From contig OZ244955.1 of NCBI GenBank assembly GCA_965222525.1, forward strand, positions 705,893-769,892: DNA of 64,000 bases, in the 5' to 3' direction. Within the stretch, counting starts at the first letter, position 1; the number at the start of each line of letters is the position of its first letter. This DNA is from Rickettsiales bacterium. GTDB lineage: Bacteria; Pseudomonadota; Alphaproteobacteria; Rickettsiales; UBA8987. Shown here piece after piece: positions 38,609-47,520 of this stretch. The notes under the pieces were generated by a model that was given only the letters and a program-made list of their open reading frames with translations, was not told the DNA's origin and did not search any database. The translations under genes and the position numbers were made by a program.

Positions 38609-39337
38609 TTACACCCGCAGACTTTCGAGGATGCGTGTTTTTTTATTAACAACCTTGTCGAGTTTGAAATACTCTACGGTGGAGCGGGAATAGCCCTGAC
38701 AGCGAACAAACATATGTAAACCCAGCGGTGTCGGGGTTATGTCGGCAACCGACTTGCTTGGTCCGAAACCGGTCATAATCAGCCCCAGCGAGCGCAGATG
38801 GTCAAGCTCACGGTCGAGCCTGTGGTAATCCTTGATATCGGTAACCTGCATGAGCTTGTCGATACGCACCTGTCCCTTGCGTGCGGCAATGCCGCCGGCA
38901 CGAAGCAGGAACTTCTCGGAAAAACGACAGCCATGCTCCAGAATCTTCGCCTGTAATGTACTGATTTGTGATAACAGATTGATGAAAATCAGGTTGCTCT
39001 CGTCGTTACCGCGCAGGGTAGCCGAAGAAGCCAGCAACCCCGCCCACATATCCTGCATACGGTAGCTGTTTGCCCATGAGCCATGCTCAACTATCGCATT
39101 AACCAGCCGCGGAGGAGCCTGCTCCACACCGGTATGCGGCTGTTTCTCAAAGCGGTTCTTGGCTTTCTTGGCAATCTTTATCACATTATCATAGCGATAC
39201 CCTGTTAGCTTCTCATCCAGGATATGCTTCAGATCGCCCGCCGCCGCACGGCATATCCTGAGCAGAAAATCCCTTGCTTCTCTTTCTGTCGCCATAGAAC
39301 TACTTGTGTTACTCCTTGTATTTACTATTGCTTTCAT
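38609..39337 (-). CDS. Abi-alpha (DUF4393)-like protein, candidate abortive-infection gene
   Basis: ..APPRLVNAIVEHGSWANSYRMQDMWAGLLASSAT..IFINLLSQISTLQAKIL.. matches my recollection of the Abi_alpha core. Start is set at 39337 because the 30 codons upstream lie in repeat E2. Confidence 0.55.
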   Translation of the reverse strand: MKAIVNTRSNTSSSMATEREARDFLLRICRAAAGDLKHILDEKLTGYRYDNVIKIAKKAKNRFEKQPHTGVEQAPPRLVNAIVEHGSWANSYRMQDMWAGLLASSATLRGNDESNLIFINLLSQISTLQAKILEHGCRFSEKFLLRAGGIAARKGQVRIDKLMQVTDIKDYHRLDRELDHLRSLGLIMTGFGPSKSVADITPTPLGLHMFVRCQGYSRSTVEYFKLDKVVNKKTRILESLRV

Positions 39338-39351
39338 CTCCTGTCCCCCTT

Positions 39352-39498
39352 TCAGGGCATCCTCAAATTCTACTAGCATGGCCTGCAAATAACTGTTTCC
39401 TGCGCTTCCGTTGCTCACGTACCCCAAAAGTACGCTGCGCTACGGTTCTCGGAAACAGTCATTTTCGGCTCATGCTAGCGAATTTCAAGAAACCCTAT
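39352..39498. repeat. Family E palindromic element, copy E2 (147 bp)
   Basis: Core tactagcatggcctgcaaat...catgctagc. The outer arms tcagggcatcctcaaattc / gaatttcaagaaaccctat are complementary at 13 of 19 positions. Confidence 0.85.
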
Positions 39499-39512
39499 CT
39501 ATTAATGCAGCT

Positions 39513-39857
39513 TCACGCCGCTATTTCTTTGAATTTAACTCCTTTTTCCTTCAGTAACGGCTGGAATTCACCATTCTCCACCATCTCACGCAATATATCA
39601 GCGCCGCCGACAAACTCCCCTTTAATATAAAGCTGGGGGATGGTCGGCCAGTTGGAAAACTGCTTTACCCCGTCCCATATTTCCTGATCCTCCAGAACAT
39701 TTACATCCAGAAAATCAATAGCAAAATGCTGCAACACCTGTGCAGCAAATGCCGAAAACCCGCATACAGGAAAAGCACCGCTACCCTTCATATAAAGCAC
39801 AACATCATTGTCCCTTACCTGCTGCCCTATCTTCTCAAATGCTGGGTTTTCCGCCAT
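39513..39857 (-). CDS. grxD: Monothiol glutaredoxin (Grx4 family)
   Basis: CGFS active site in VVLYMKGSGAFPVCGFS. Confidence 0.92.
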   Translation of the reverse strand: MAENPAFEKIGQQVRDNDVVLYMKGSGAFPVCGFSAFAAQVLQHFAIDFLDVNVLEDQEIWDGVKQFSNWPTIPQLYIKGEFVGGADILREMVENGEFQPLLKEKGVKFKEIAA

Positions 39858-40015
39858 TTTCTCCCTTGTTTATACCTTACTAAAGACGGCAATAAAGATA
39901 CTAGGTTTTTGCATTATTGGCAAGATTTTTATTAAAATAAATGTTAATTTTTAGTTAAAGTGAGGCTGGCAGTGCATTAGCAGGCAAGGAATCGGGTTAA
40001 TAGCTAAATGACAAT

Positions 40016-40165
40016 TGTCATGCTGAACTTGTTTCAGCATCCATCTCTCATAACCCCGATGACTAACAAACTTTGACTATACTTATCAAAATGCAATAAC
40101 CTGTTTATTTACCATCGAGATTCCGTCATTGGAAAAATGGATCCCGAAACAAGTTCGGGATGACA
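40016..40165. repeat. Family A MITE-like element, copy A3 (150 bp, diverged interior)
   Basis: Runs tgtcatgctgaacttgtttcagcatcc...ggatcccgaaacaagttcgggatgaca. Confidence 0.9.
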
Positions 40166-40302
40166 CAGGATGTCATTTTTGTCAGGTGGTGAAGCGGAAA
40201 ATAAAACTGGTGACAATTTGATATTTTTTGTATATAATTGTATGTGATTGTGTGTTTTCTGGTGCAATTCAAGAGGTTTTTTGAGTAAGATAGGGGATTT
40301 TT

Positions 40303-40551
40303 ATGCCTATAGGTACAAAAAGTGATGATTATGATGCAAGTAATTTTCTAGGCAACGGCAAGTTGGGCACAAACACCGCTGTCAAGAGTCCTTACCAAAC
40401 TGGTGACGAGAAGGCCTTTTTCCTGAAAGACCTTTTGCCAGGTTATAGTGACGTTGATAATAGCGAGGTTGGCAACCTTTCCTCTACGTCTAGTGGAATA
40501 AACAACACACATCTTAATGCCAATATAATCAATGCCAGCCTTAATCGTTAG
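40303..40551 (+). CDS. Hypothetical 82-aa ORF
   Basis: ORF only. It sits between repeats A3 and E3, with no RBS or family evidence. Confidence 0.3.
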   Translation: MPIGTKSDDYDASNFLGNGKLGTNTAVKSPYQTGDEKAFFLKDLLPGYSDVDNSEVGNLSSTSSGINNTHLNANIINASLNR

Positions 40552-40808
40552 TAATTATACTTCTCATAAAGATACTTTTGATGTTGGCAACATGTCCCCG
40601 TCCGCAAGCGCATCCGGCGGTATGAGCGGTGCCGATATTGCAGCAACGAATCAGATTCACCGTAGCTGATTGACACTTCCAGTGCATCTATTAAACCCCT
40701 CATATTTCAGATAAAAACCCGTAAAATCCCGTGGTAAAACTTCCCCGCATTTAACGACTGCTTAACCTTTTTCCTGTATGATTAAGGTATATACCATTTC
40801 ATACATAC

Positions 40809-40954
40809 TAGAATGTATTGAGATTTCGCTAGGCTGAGGCAAATAGCGAAGGTTTTCGAGAACCGTAGCGGAGCGTACTTAATAGTACGTGAGCAACGGA
40901 AGCGCAGAAAACCGAGCTAGATGCCCAGCATAGTAGAAATCTCAATATATTCTA
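40809..40954. repeat. Family E palindromic element, copy E3 (146 bp, inverted relative to E1/E2)
   Basis: The outer arms tagaatgtattgagatttc / gaaatctcaatatattcta are complementary at 18 of 19 positions. The core is homologous to E1 and E2. Confidence 0.88.
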
Positions 40955-40967
40955 AAGGAGTTAAGCC

Positions 40968-41438
40968 ATGTTCGCCTATATATATAAAACCACCCTTATC
41001 GCTGTCCTGATTATTTTGGTAAGCGTACTTTCCGCCTGCTCCGGCGAGAAGAAGGAAAAACTGTTCGTCATGCAGCAGCGTGACAAAAACCTCAGCTGTA
41101 GCCAGGTCATGCTGGAGATAAATGAAGCGGAATTCCATCGTAAAACCGCCGAAAAAAACCGCAGCTTCGGATTTGAGACCGTTATCAGCCCTTTTACCTA
41201 TGTTAAATCTTATATGGGATCCAGCAAAACCATAAAACATGCCGATTCGCGTATTGATTATCTCAACCGGATTTATGATATACTCGATTGTGACAACCCG
41301 CAGTCACGTATGATGACCGAAATGCGTGCGGCACAATACATCCCGCAGAATATACTGCAAAATGAACAGCCACAAAAAAGCCACAGCGTCTATTCCTCCG
41401 CCGATTATCAGCTAAACGGCGATGAGCTGATATGGTGA
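40968..41438 (+). CDS. Lipoprotein, function unknown
   Basis: aaaggag RBS. Signal peptide with lipobox VLSAC. Confidence 0.6.
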   Translation: MFAYIYKTTLIAVLIILVSVLSACSGEKKEKLFVMQQRDKNLSCSQVMLEINEAEFHRKTAEKNRSFGFETVISPFTYVKSYMGSSKTIKHADSRIDYLNRIYDILDCDNPQSRMMTEMRAAQYIPQNILQNEQPQKSHSVYSSADYQLNGDELIW

Positions 41439-41440
41439 TT

Positions 41441-41473
41441 TAGAGTTTGGAGTTTGGAATCCGGAGTTCAGTG
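41441..41473. repeat. Stutter tract, GGAGTTT type (period ~7)
   Basis: Sequence is tagagtttggagtttggaatccggagttcagtg. It starts 3 nt after the stop codon. Confidence 0.7.
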
Positions 41474-41568
41474 AAATAATTTTATGCAAAATTGACACAT
41501 TTTTGCTTTTTCAAATATTTTCTAAAAAAAGACATATGTTTGTTTATTAACAGTGGTATAATAGAGGT

Positions 41569-42330
41569 ATGAGTGTGCTTCGACATAAACCCTTCCCGCA
41601 CAACACCTCCTCAAAGGGATTCACCCTTATAGAAATGACCCTTGTTCTGGTTATAATTGGTCTGATTGCGGCGGTTATCACCTCCGGGAAAGACCTGATA
41701 AGAGATGCTAAAATGAGGAAGCTGGTTTCGCAATTGGACAAATACTCCACAGCAGCAGCAGCTTTCAGATTGAAATATAACGGTTTGCCCGGTGACCTGG
41801 AAAATGCTGTGGCATTTGGGCTTGGGGACACTGGCTGTACGTATCCTCCGCCAGTGCCGCCTGCCATGCCAACCCATGCCGGATGTAACGGTAATGGTGA
41901 TGGTCTGCTTACCAATGATACCCAGCATTCGGAGAATATAAATTTCTGGTATCATCTAAGTGAGGCGGGTCTTCTTCCGCTGAGGTATGACGGTCTGACG
42001 GTTGCTTTCGGGCAGGGTGCTCCGGAAACCAACCTAGAGGGAGCGGGGCTGTATGCAGGCTCATTATCAATACCGAAGCGAAAAAATATCTTCTTTATCG
42101 GGCTTAATGACGACCCGCTGGTAACCGAGTTCAGGATTACTCCCCACGAGGCTTTCCTAGTTGATGCCAAGAAGGATGATGGCAAACCTAGTAGTGGCAA
42201 AAGCCAGCATTACATGGTTGGTTCTATTGCTCCTTTGAAATCTCAATGTGTTGCGGCGGGCAGCCCGGAGGAGTATAACATTACCAATGATATAGATACC
42301 TGCGTGATGTATGTGGATGTTGGAATATAG
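41569..42330 (+). CDS. Prepilin-type N-terminal cleavage/methylation domain protein (pilin/pseudopilin-like), paralog 2
   Basis: Canonical KG/FTLIEMTLVLVIIGLIAAV. Also has the LPGD and CNGNGDG motifs. Confidence 0.78.
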   Translation: MSVLRHKPFPHNTSSKGFTLIEMTLVLVIIGLIAAVITSGKDLIRDAKMRKLVSQLDKYSTAAAAFRLKYNGLPGDLENAVAFGLGDTGCTYPPPVPPAMPTHAGCNGNGDGLLTNDTQHSENINFWYHLSEAGLLPLRYDGLTVAFGQGAPETNLEGAGLYAGSLSIPKRKNIFFIGLNDDPLVTEFRITPHEAFLVDAKKDDGKPSSGKSQHYMVGSIAPLKSQCVAAGSPEEYNITNDIDTCVMYVDVGI

Positions 42331-42352
42331 ATGGCAGAATTACTTCCGCTAT

Positions 42353-42784
42353 CTATTCTTCCCCAACTGCGGCGCAGGCCAACTCATCGGCACGTTCATT
42401 ATCAGGATGGCCAGCATGTCCCTTGACCCAGTGCCAGGCTACATTATGGTGGGATATTGCCTCTTCCAGCTCCTGCCATAAATCCTGGTTCTTTACCGGC
42501 TTCTTATTGGCAGTTTTCCAGCCTTTTGCTTTCCAGCCCTTAATCCATTTGGTGATACCGTCCCGCACATATGTACTATCGGTATGAAGCTCCACCTCAC
42601 AGTCGGACTTCAATGTCTGCAATGCCTTGATAGCAGCGGTCAGTTCCATACGGTTATTGGTGGTCTGCCCCTCACCGCCGGATATTTCCTTAACCTTGCC
42701 GTTATATTTCAGTACAGCACCCCATCCTCCCGGACCCGGATTACCCGAACATGCACCATCTGTATAAATCGTAACTTTCTTCAT
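42353..42784 (-). CDS. rnhA: Ribonuclease HI
   Basis: [20 protein letters not shown] and the [18 protein letters not shown] pattern. Confidence 0.94.
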   Translation of the reverse strand: MKKVTIYTDGACSGNPGPGGWGAVLKYNGKVKEISGGEGQTTNNRMELTAAIKALQTLKSDCEVELHTDSTYVRDGITKWIKGWKAKGWKTANKKPVKNQDLWQELEEAISHHNVAWHWVKGHAGHPDNERADELACAAVGEE

Positions 42785-42818
42785 TGCATTTTTATCAAAG
42801 GGGTTGCTATAAGTTACC

Positions 42819-42968
42819 TGTCATCCTGAACTTGTTTCAGGATCTATTTATCAACAATCTCTTGACTGACAAATTACGACTATATTCTTAAAAATACCAA
42901 AATATAGTTATCTGTTATTAAAATTCTGTCATCGGAGCAATGGATCCTGAAACAAGTTCAGGATGACA
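42819..42968. repeat. Family A MITE-like element, copy A4 (150 bp)
   Basis: Same terminal repeats as A2, with the interior in inverse orientation. Confidence 0.92.
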
Positions 42969-43011
42969 TTCAGGGTGTCATTATCGCTCAACCTCGTCAA
43001 CAGGAAAAACA

Positions 43012-43644
43012 ATGGAGAAAATCAGGCGTAGCGGTTTTATGTTTGTGTTGTCATCACCTTCGGGAGCGGGAAAGACTACTATTTCCCGTCTTTTGCTGGA
43101 TCGTGATGATAACCTGGTTATGTCGGTTTCGGCTACTACCCGCCCTATGCGCCCCAATGAAACCGACGGGGTGGATTATCATTTTGTCAGCGAAGAGAAG
43201 TTTGTAGCTATGGTTGCACATGATGAGTTTCTGGAATGTGCCGAGGTATTCGGACATCAGTACGGCACTCCGGAGAAGGTAGTCGATGAGGCACTGGCAG
43301 CGGGTACGGATGTGCTATTCGATATAGACTGGCAGGGCACCCACCAGATTGAGAAGAAACGGCGGCGTGACCTGGTTAGCGTTTTTATCCTGCCGCCCTC
43401 TATGAAGGAGCTGGAGAGCCGTCTGCGCAAGCGCGCGCAGGATTCTGATGAAGTCATACGCAACCGTATGTCCAAGGCCAGCAACGAGATAAGTAACTGG
43501 TTTGCCTATGATTATGTTATTGTAAATCACGATGTTGAGGAAAGTCTGGGCAAGGTTTTGGCCATACTGAATGCCGAGCGCCAGCGCCGCGAACGTCAGG
43601 ACGGGCTTGGTGATTTTGTCAAAGAGCTATTGGCTGGTGGGTAA
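43012..43644 (+). CDS. gmk: Guanylate kinase
   Basis: P-loop LSSPSGAGKTT, and DYHFVS. Confidence 0.93.
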   Translation: MEKIRRSGFMFVLSSPSGAGKTTISRLLLDRDDNLVMSVSATTRPMRPNETDGVDYHFVSEEKFVAMVAHDEFLECAEVFGHQYGTPEKVVDEALAAGTDVLFDIDWQGTHQIEKKRRRDLVSVFILPPSMKELESRLRKRAQDSDEVIRNRMSKASNEISNWFAYDYVIVNHDVEESLGKVLAILNAERQRRERQDGLGDFVKELLAGG

Positions 43645-45407
43645 TGAACAAGCTTGCACTGCTTCGTAAGGAAATAGAGGCACATGGGCTGGACGGGTAT
43701 GTTGTACCCATGGCGGACGAGTTCCTGAGTGAATATGTGCCGCCGTATGCCCGTCGTCTGGAATGGCTGACCGGCTTTACCGGCTCGGCTGGCGAGGTAG
43801 TAGTATTAAAAGAGCAGGCGGCATTCTTTACCGACGGCCGTTATGCGATTCAGGCGCGGGAGCAGGTCGGGGACAGGTTTAAAATATTTGACATATACAA
43901 ATCTTCGCCACTTAAATTTATCAATAGTATATTAGGGGATAATTCACCTAATCCTTCAAGAATTGGTATTGACTCATGGCTGATAAGTTACGGCAGATTG
44001 AAAAGGAGTTATAATAACTCACTGGTACTATGTGATAATCTTATAGATAAAATTTGGCAGGACAAACCTTCTGCTTCCAAATCATCAATATTTGCCCATG
44101 ACATTAAATATTCGGGGCAATCTACTAAAGACAAAATAAACTCTATAAATATGGATGCGGATGCGCTGCTTATTACCGACCCTGAGTCGGTCAACTGGTT
44201 GCTTAATATCCGCGGCAGTGACCTTGAGCATACGCCGATTGCCCTGTGCCGTGCGATTCTGCATAAATCGGGGGTGGTGGATTTATATATTAATCCGGAG
44301 AAGTTTGATAAAAATATTACTATAGCAAATACGCATGTTCATGATGAGGCGGTATTCCTGTCGGATATACGGGAAAAACTGGCAGAAAAAAAAGTCATGA
44401 TTGCCGAAAGCAGCAATGCGGTGTTTTTCGATTACCTGGAGAAAATTGGGGCGAAGTTGAATATATGTGAAGACCCTTGTGTTTTGCCGAAAGCTTGCAA
44501 GAATCCGGTTGAAATAGAAGGGATGCGTGCAGCGCATCGGCGGGACGGGGTGGCATTATGCCGATTTCTGGCCTGGCTGGATGAGAATGTAGGGAAGAAT
44601 GAAATTACCGAAATTACCGCTGCAGAAAAGCTGGATAACATGCGGGCGGAGGGTGATTTATTCCGGGGTGCCAGTTTTCCCACCATTTCCGGTTATGGCT
44701 CCAATGGCGCAATTGTGCACTACCATGCGACCGGGAAGAGCAATAAAAAATTTGAGTCTGGCTCGCTATATCTGGTTGATTCCGGCGGGCAGTATTATGA
44801 TGGCACGACTGACGTAACCCGCACCATCGCCATAGGGGAACCAACCGCACTGCAGAAACTGCATTTCACTCTGGTATTAAAAGGGCATATAGCACTTGCC
44901 CGTGCCCGCTTTCCCAGGGGAACGACCGGTGCGCATCTTGACGCACTGGCACGGCAGTATTTATGGCAGTACGGGCTGGATTTCGACCATGGCACAGGGC
45001 ATGGTGTCGGATGTTTCCTGAATGTACATGAGGGGCCGCAGGGAATCAGCAAAGCAGCGGGCAAGGTTGCCCTGCAGCCAGGCATGGTTCTTTCCAACGA
45101 GCCTGGATATTATCTGGAAGGCGAATATGGAATCAGGATAGAGAACCTGGTTGTGGTTACGGAATGTGAGGATGCTGCTGATAATAGCGACAATAATAGT
45201 GATGACCGTCAATTTTACCAGTTTGAAACCATAACCCTCGCCCCAATAGATCTACGCCTTATAGACACAAACCTGTTAAATAATGATGAGATAAACTGGC
45301 TAAATAATTACCATAAACAAGTCCGCGGTACCTTGTCACCTTCTATTAATAGCGTTGTTCAACAGTGGCTGAAGCATGCCACCACACCAGGCTTTGCAAG
45401 GGCATAG
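43644..45407 (+). CDS. Xaa-Pro aminopeptidase (M24B, aminopeptidase P family)
   Basis: Creatinase-like N-domains followed by an M24 pita-bread domain (DSGGQY..GTTDVTRT, HGTGHGVG, SNEPGYY). Confidence 0.87.
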   Translation: MNKLALLRKEIEAHGLDGYVVPMADEFLSEYVPPYARRLEWLTGFTGSAGEVVVLKEQAAFFTDGRYAIQAREQVGDRFKIFDIYKSSPLKFINSILGDNSPNPSRIGIDSWLISYGRLKRSYNNSLVLCDNLIDKIWQDKPSASKSSIFAHDIKYSGQSTKDKINSINMDADALLITDPESVNWLLNIRGSDLEHTPIALCRAILHKSGVVDLYINPEKFDKNITIANTHVHDEAVFLSDIREKLAEKKVMIAESSNAVFFDYLEKIGAKLNICEDPCVLPKACKNPVEIEGMRAAHRRDGVALCRFLAWLDENVGKNEITEITAAEKLDNMRAEGDLFRGASFPTISGYGSNGAIVHYHATGKSNKKFESGSLYLVDSGGQYYDGTTDVTRTIAIGEPTALQKLHFTLVLKGHIALARARFPRGTTGAHLDALARQYLWQYGLDFDHGTGHGVGCFLNVHEGPQGISKAAGKVALQPGMVLSNEPGYYLEGEYGIRIENLVVVTECEDAADNSDNNSDDRQFYQFETITLAPIDLRLIDTNLLNNDEINWLNNYHKQVRGTLSPSINSVVQQWLKHATTPGFARA

Positions 45408-45504
45408 GTTTCTATTATCGGAATTTACTCCCATAAAGAATACTATATTCTATAGACATAATTGTGTCTGCATTCTATTATCTACTATCCAAAATTACAA
45501 AATC

Positions 45505-46212
45505 ATGAAAGCGATAATACTGGCAGGGGGATTCGGAACAAGATTGCGCTCGGTGGTGGCAGACATACCCAAGCCGATGGCGCCTATTGCAGGCAGGCCG
45601 TTCCTTGCCTGGTTGCTGGATACCCTAATTGCGCATGGAGTTGATGAGGCAGTGCTTTCTGTGCATTACAAATATGAAGTCATACAGGGATATTTCGGTG
45701 ATAAATACCGCAATATCAGGATTTCCTATGCGATAGAGGAGGAGCCGCTCGGTACCGGCGGGGCTATAGTAAATTCGATAGATATATTGTGTCCAAAACG
45801 GCCTGTTCTGGTGCTGAACGGTGATTCTATGGTGATGGTAAATCACCGCCTTATGTACGAGCGGCACTGTGCGCATGACAAGCCTCTCACCATTGCCCTG
45901 CGCCATGTGCCCGATTGCAGACGTTACGGCAAGGTGACGACTGATAACGGTGAAATCACCAGCTTTAACCACGCCGGAGAATCAGGTGCAGGTTATATAA
46001 ATAGCGGAGTTTATGTAATAAGTCCGGATTTGTTTGACAGATATGACCTGCCACAGCAATTTTCCTTTGAGAAGGATTTCTGTTTTCCCTATATCGGGGA
46101 AATCCGCCCGCCATATATAGAGGCCAGCGAATATTTTATCGATATTGGTGTGCCGGAGGATTATGCCCGTGCACAGAAGGAACTGCCGGAATTATTACTG
46201 GAGACTGCATGA
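45505..46212 (+). CDS. Sugar-phosphate nucleotidyltransferase (HddC/heptose-1-phosphate guanylyltransferase-like)
   Basis: [20 protein letters not shown]. Start is set at 45505 rather than the listed 45376. Confidence 0.75.
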   Translation: MKAIILAGGFGTRLRSVVADIPKPMAPIAGRPFLAWLLDTLIAHGVDEAVLSVHYKYEVIQGYFGDKYRNIRISYAIEEEPLGTGGAIVNSIDILCPKRPVLVLNGDSMVMVNHRLMYERHCAHDKPLTIALRHVPDCRRYGKVTTDNGEITSFNHAGESGAGYINSGVYVISPDLFDRYDLPQQFSFEKDFCFPYIGEIRPPYIEASEYFIDIGVPEDYARAQKELPELLLETA

Positions 46213-46787
46213 ACACCCCCCCCCAAACCAGGGCACTATTTCTTGACAGGGATGGTGTTATTAATGTTGACAGGGGGCATGTCCACAGGATTGAGGATTT
46301 CGAGTTTATAGACGGTATTTTTGAATTATGCCATGCGGCGCAGGATGCGGGTTATATAATCATAGTGATTACCAATCAGGGTGGTATCGGTCGGGGATAT
46401 TATACCGAAGAGGAATATCAAACCCTGACCAACTGGATAGTTGGGCGTTTTGCGGATAAATCGATAGAAATTTCAGCAGTTTATCATTGTCCCTATCATC
46501 CCGAACATGGCGTAGGTGATTATCGCAGGGAATCCCCCGACCGTAAGCCCAATCCCGGTATGCTGCTGAAAGCAGGGGATAAATTCAATATAGATATGTC
46601 AAAGTCAATTTTTATCGGCGATAAAAACAGTGATATGCTTGCTGGGCAGCGCGCTGGAGTCGGCACTTTGATTTATTTCAATAAATCTGTTTATGAAAGC
46701 AGTATATCTCCTAGCATCGCACATTACTCTTTCACAAGCCACACAGACAATATTCATATAGTAAATCCATACGTAAATTGCCAATGA
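46209..46787 (+). CDS. gmhB: D-glycero-D-manno-heptose 1,7-bisphosphate phosphatase
   Basis: [31 protein letters not shown] and GDKNSD (HAD motifs). Confidence 0.87.
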   Translation: MNTPPQTRALFLDRDGVINVDRGHVHRIEDFEFIDGIFELCHAAQDAGYIIIVITNQGGIGRGYYTEEEYQTLTNWIVGRFADKSIEISAVYHCPYHPEHGVGDYRRESPDRKPNPGMLLKAGDKFNIDMSKSIFIGDKNSDMLAGQRAGVGTLIYFNKSVYESSISPSIAHYSFTSHTDNIHIVNPYVNCQ

Positions 46788-46812
46788 AATCCCTTTATAA
46801 AGAAGCTAGCCA

Positions 46813-47088
46813 CTACTCATCATGATGATGGAAGTCGTAATGCTCTTCCATATAGCGCTTGACATTAGTGGGCGGCTCTTCTCCCCAGTCATGCTTGATA
46901 ATTCCCTTATATCTGGAGTAATCGATAAATAAATCCTGCTCATATGCCTTTTCCAGCTCCTCTACATCATGCAGATCAACCTTTACATAGGCGTATATCG
47001 GGTCACCCACGGGAGTCTCGCCCCTGATAAGCACTATGCCATTATGGGTTTCAAGATCCAGCTTCTGTATGTGAGTCATCGGTGCCAT
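46813..47088 (-). CDS. Hypothetical 91-aa acidic protein
   Basis: ORF only. The C-terminus is DFHHHDE. Confidence 0.4.
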   Translation of the reverse strand: MAPMTHIQKLDLETHNGIVLIRGETPVGDPIYAYVKVDLHDVEELEKAYEQDLFIDYSRYKGIIKHDWGEEPPTNVKRYMEEHYDFHHHDE

Positions 47089-47096
47089 ATGTTCCA

Positions 47097-47133
47097 GAGT
47101 TTAAGAATGCAGGAATTTAGGAAATCCGGAGTT
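47097..47133. repeat. Stutter tract, AGGAATA type
   Basis: Sequence is gagtttaagaatgcaggaatttaggaaatccggagtt. It lies 9 nt upstream of the 91-aa ORF start. Confidence 0.75.
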
Positions 47134-47350
47134 ATTACCTTTCGTGATTATTATCCCTGTCCTTTTCCTTTTTTACGGATGTGGTTAATATCAATGGAGG
47201 CTTTGTCTGTTTCATCACGGTAGGTGGCGGATCGCCTCCCTCTTCCTTTTTATCCTTAACGTCAATTTCATCGTTCATAATCTGCTCCTAAATTGGTTTA
47301 CTATTGGTATAACCGTACTATAAATAAGCCATAAACCAGCAATTGGCAAT

Positions 47351-47520
47351 ATATAGTCGTTCCAAATAATTTCCGTGTATTTTGCAACTGCTAAATCTGC
47401 CTTATAGCTGCGTGCAAATTTCTTGCAGGTAGGGTAAACTACGAGCTGCGAAATTTCACTTGCTCTAATACAAATCTAGCTGGTTGTAAAACATACGGAA
47501 ATTATTTGGAACGACTATAT
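47351..47520. repeat. Family G palindromic element (170 bp)
   Basis: Arms of about 38 nt, atatagtcgttccaaataatttccgtgtattttgcaac / gttgtaaaacatacggaaattatttggaacgactatat. The right end overlaps the ccmC ATG. Confidence 0.88.

Noticed and set aside
39338-39427. The N-terminal 30 codons of ORF 38609..39427 (MGYVSNGSAGNSYLQAMLVEFEDALKGGQE).
   Set aside because: This stretch runs into palindromic element E2 (39352..39498). The internal ATG at 39337 has a purine-rich RBS-like sequence upstream. I treat the extension as read-through of repeat DNA.
40303-40680. The 82-aa ORF plus a following 25-codon ORF as a frameshifted flagellin/FlgM-like or secreted small protein gene.
   Set aside because: There is no convincing motif and no RBS. 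It is sandwiched between the A3 and E3 repeats. It is retained only as a low-confidence ORF.
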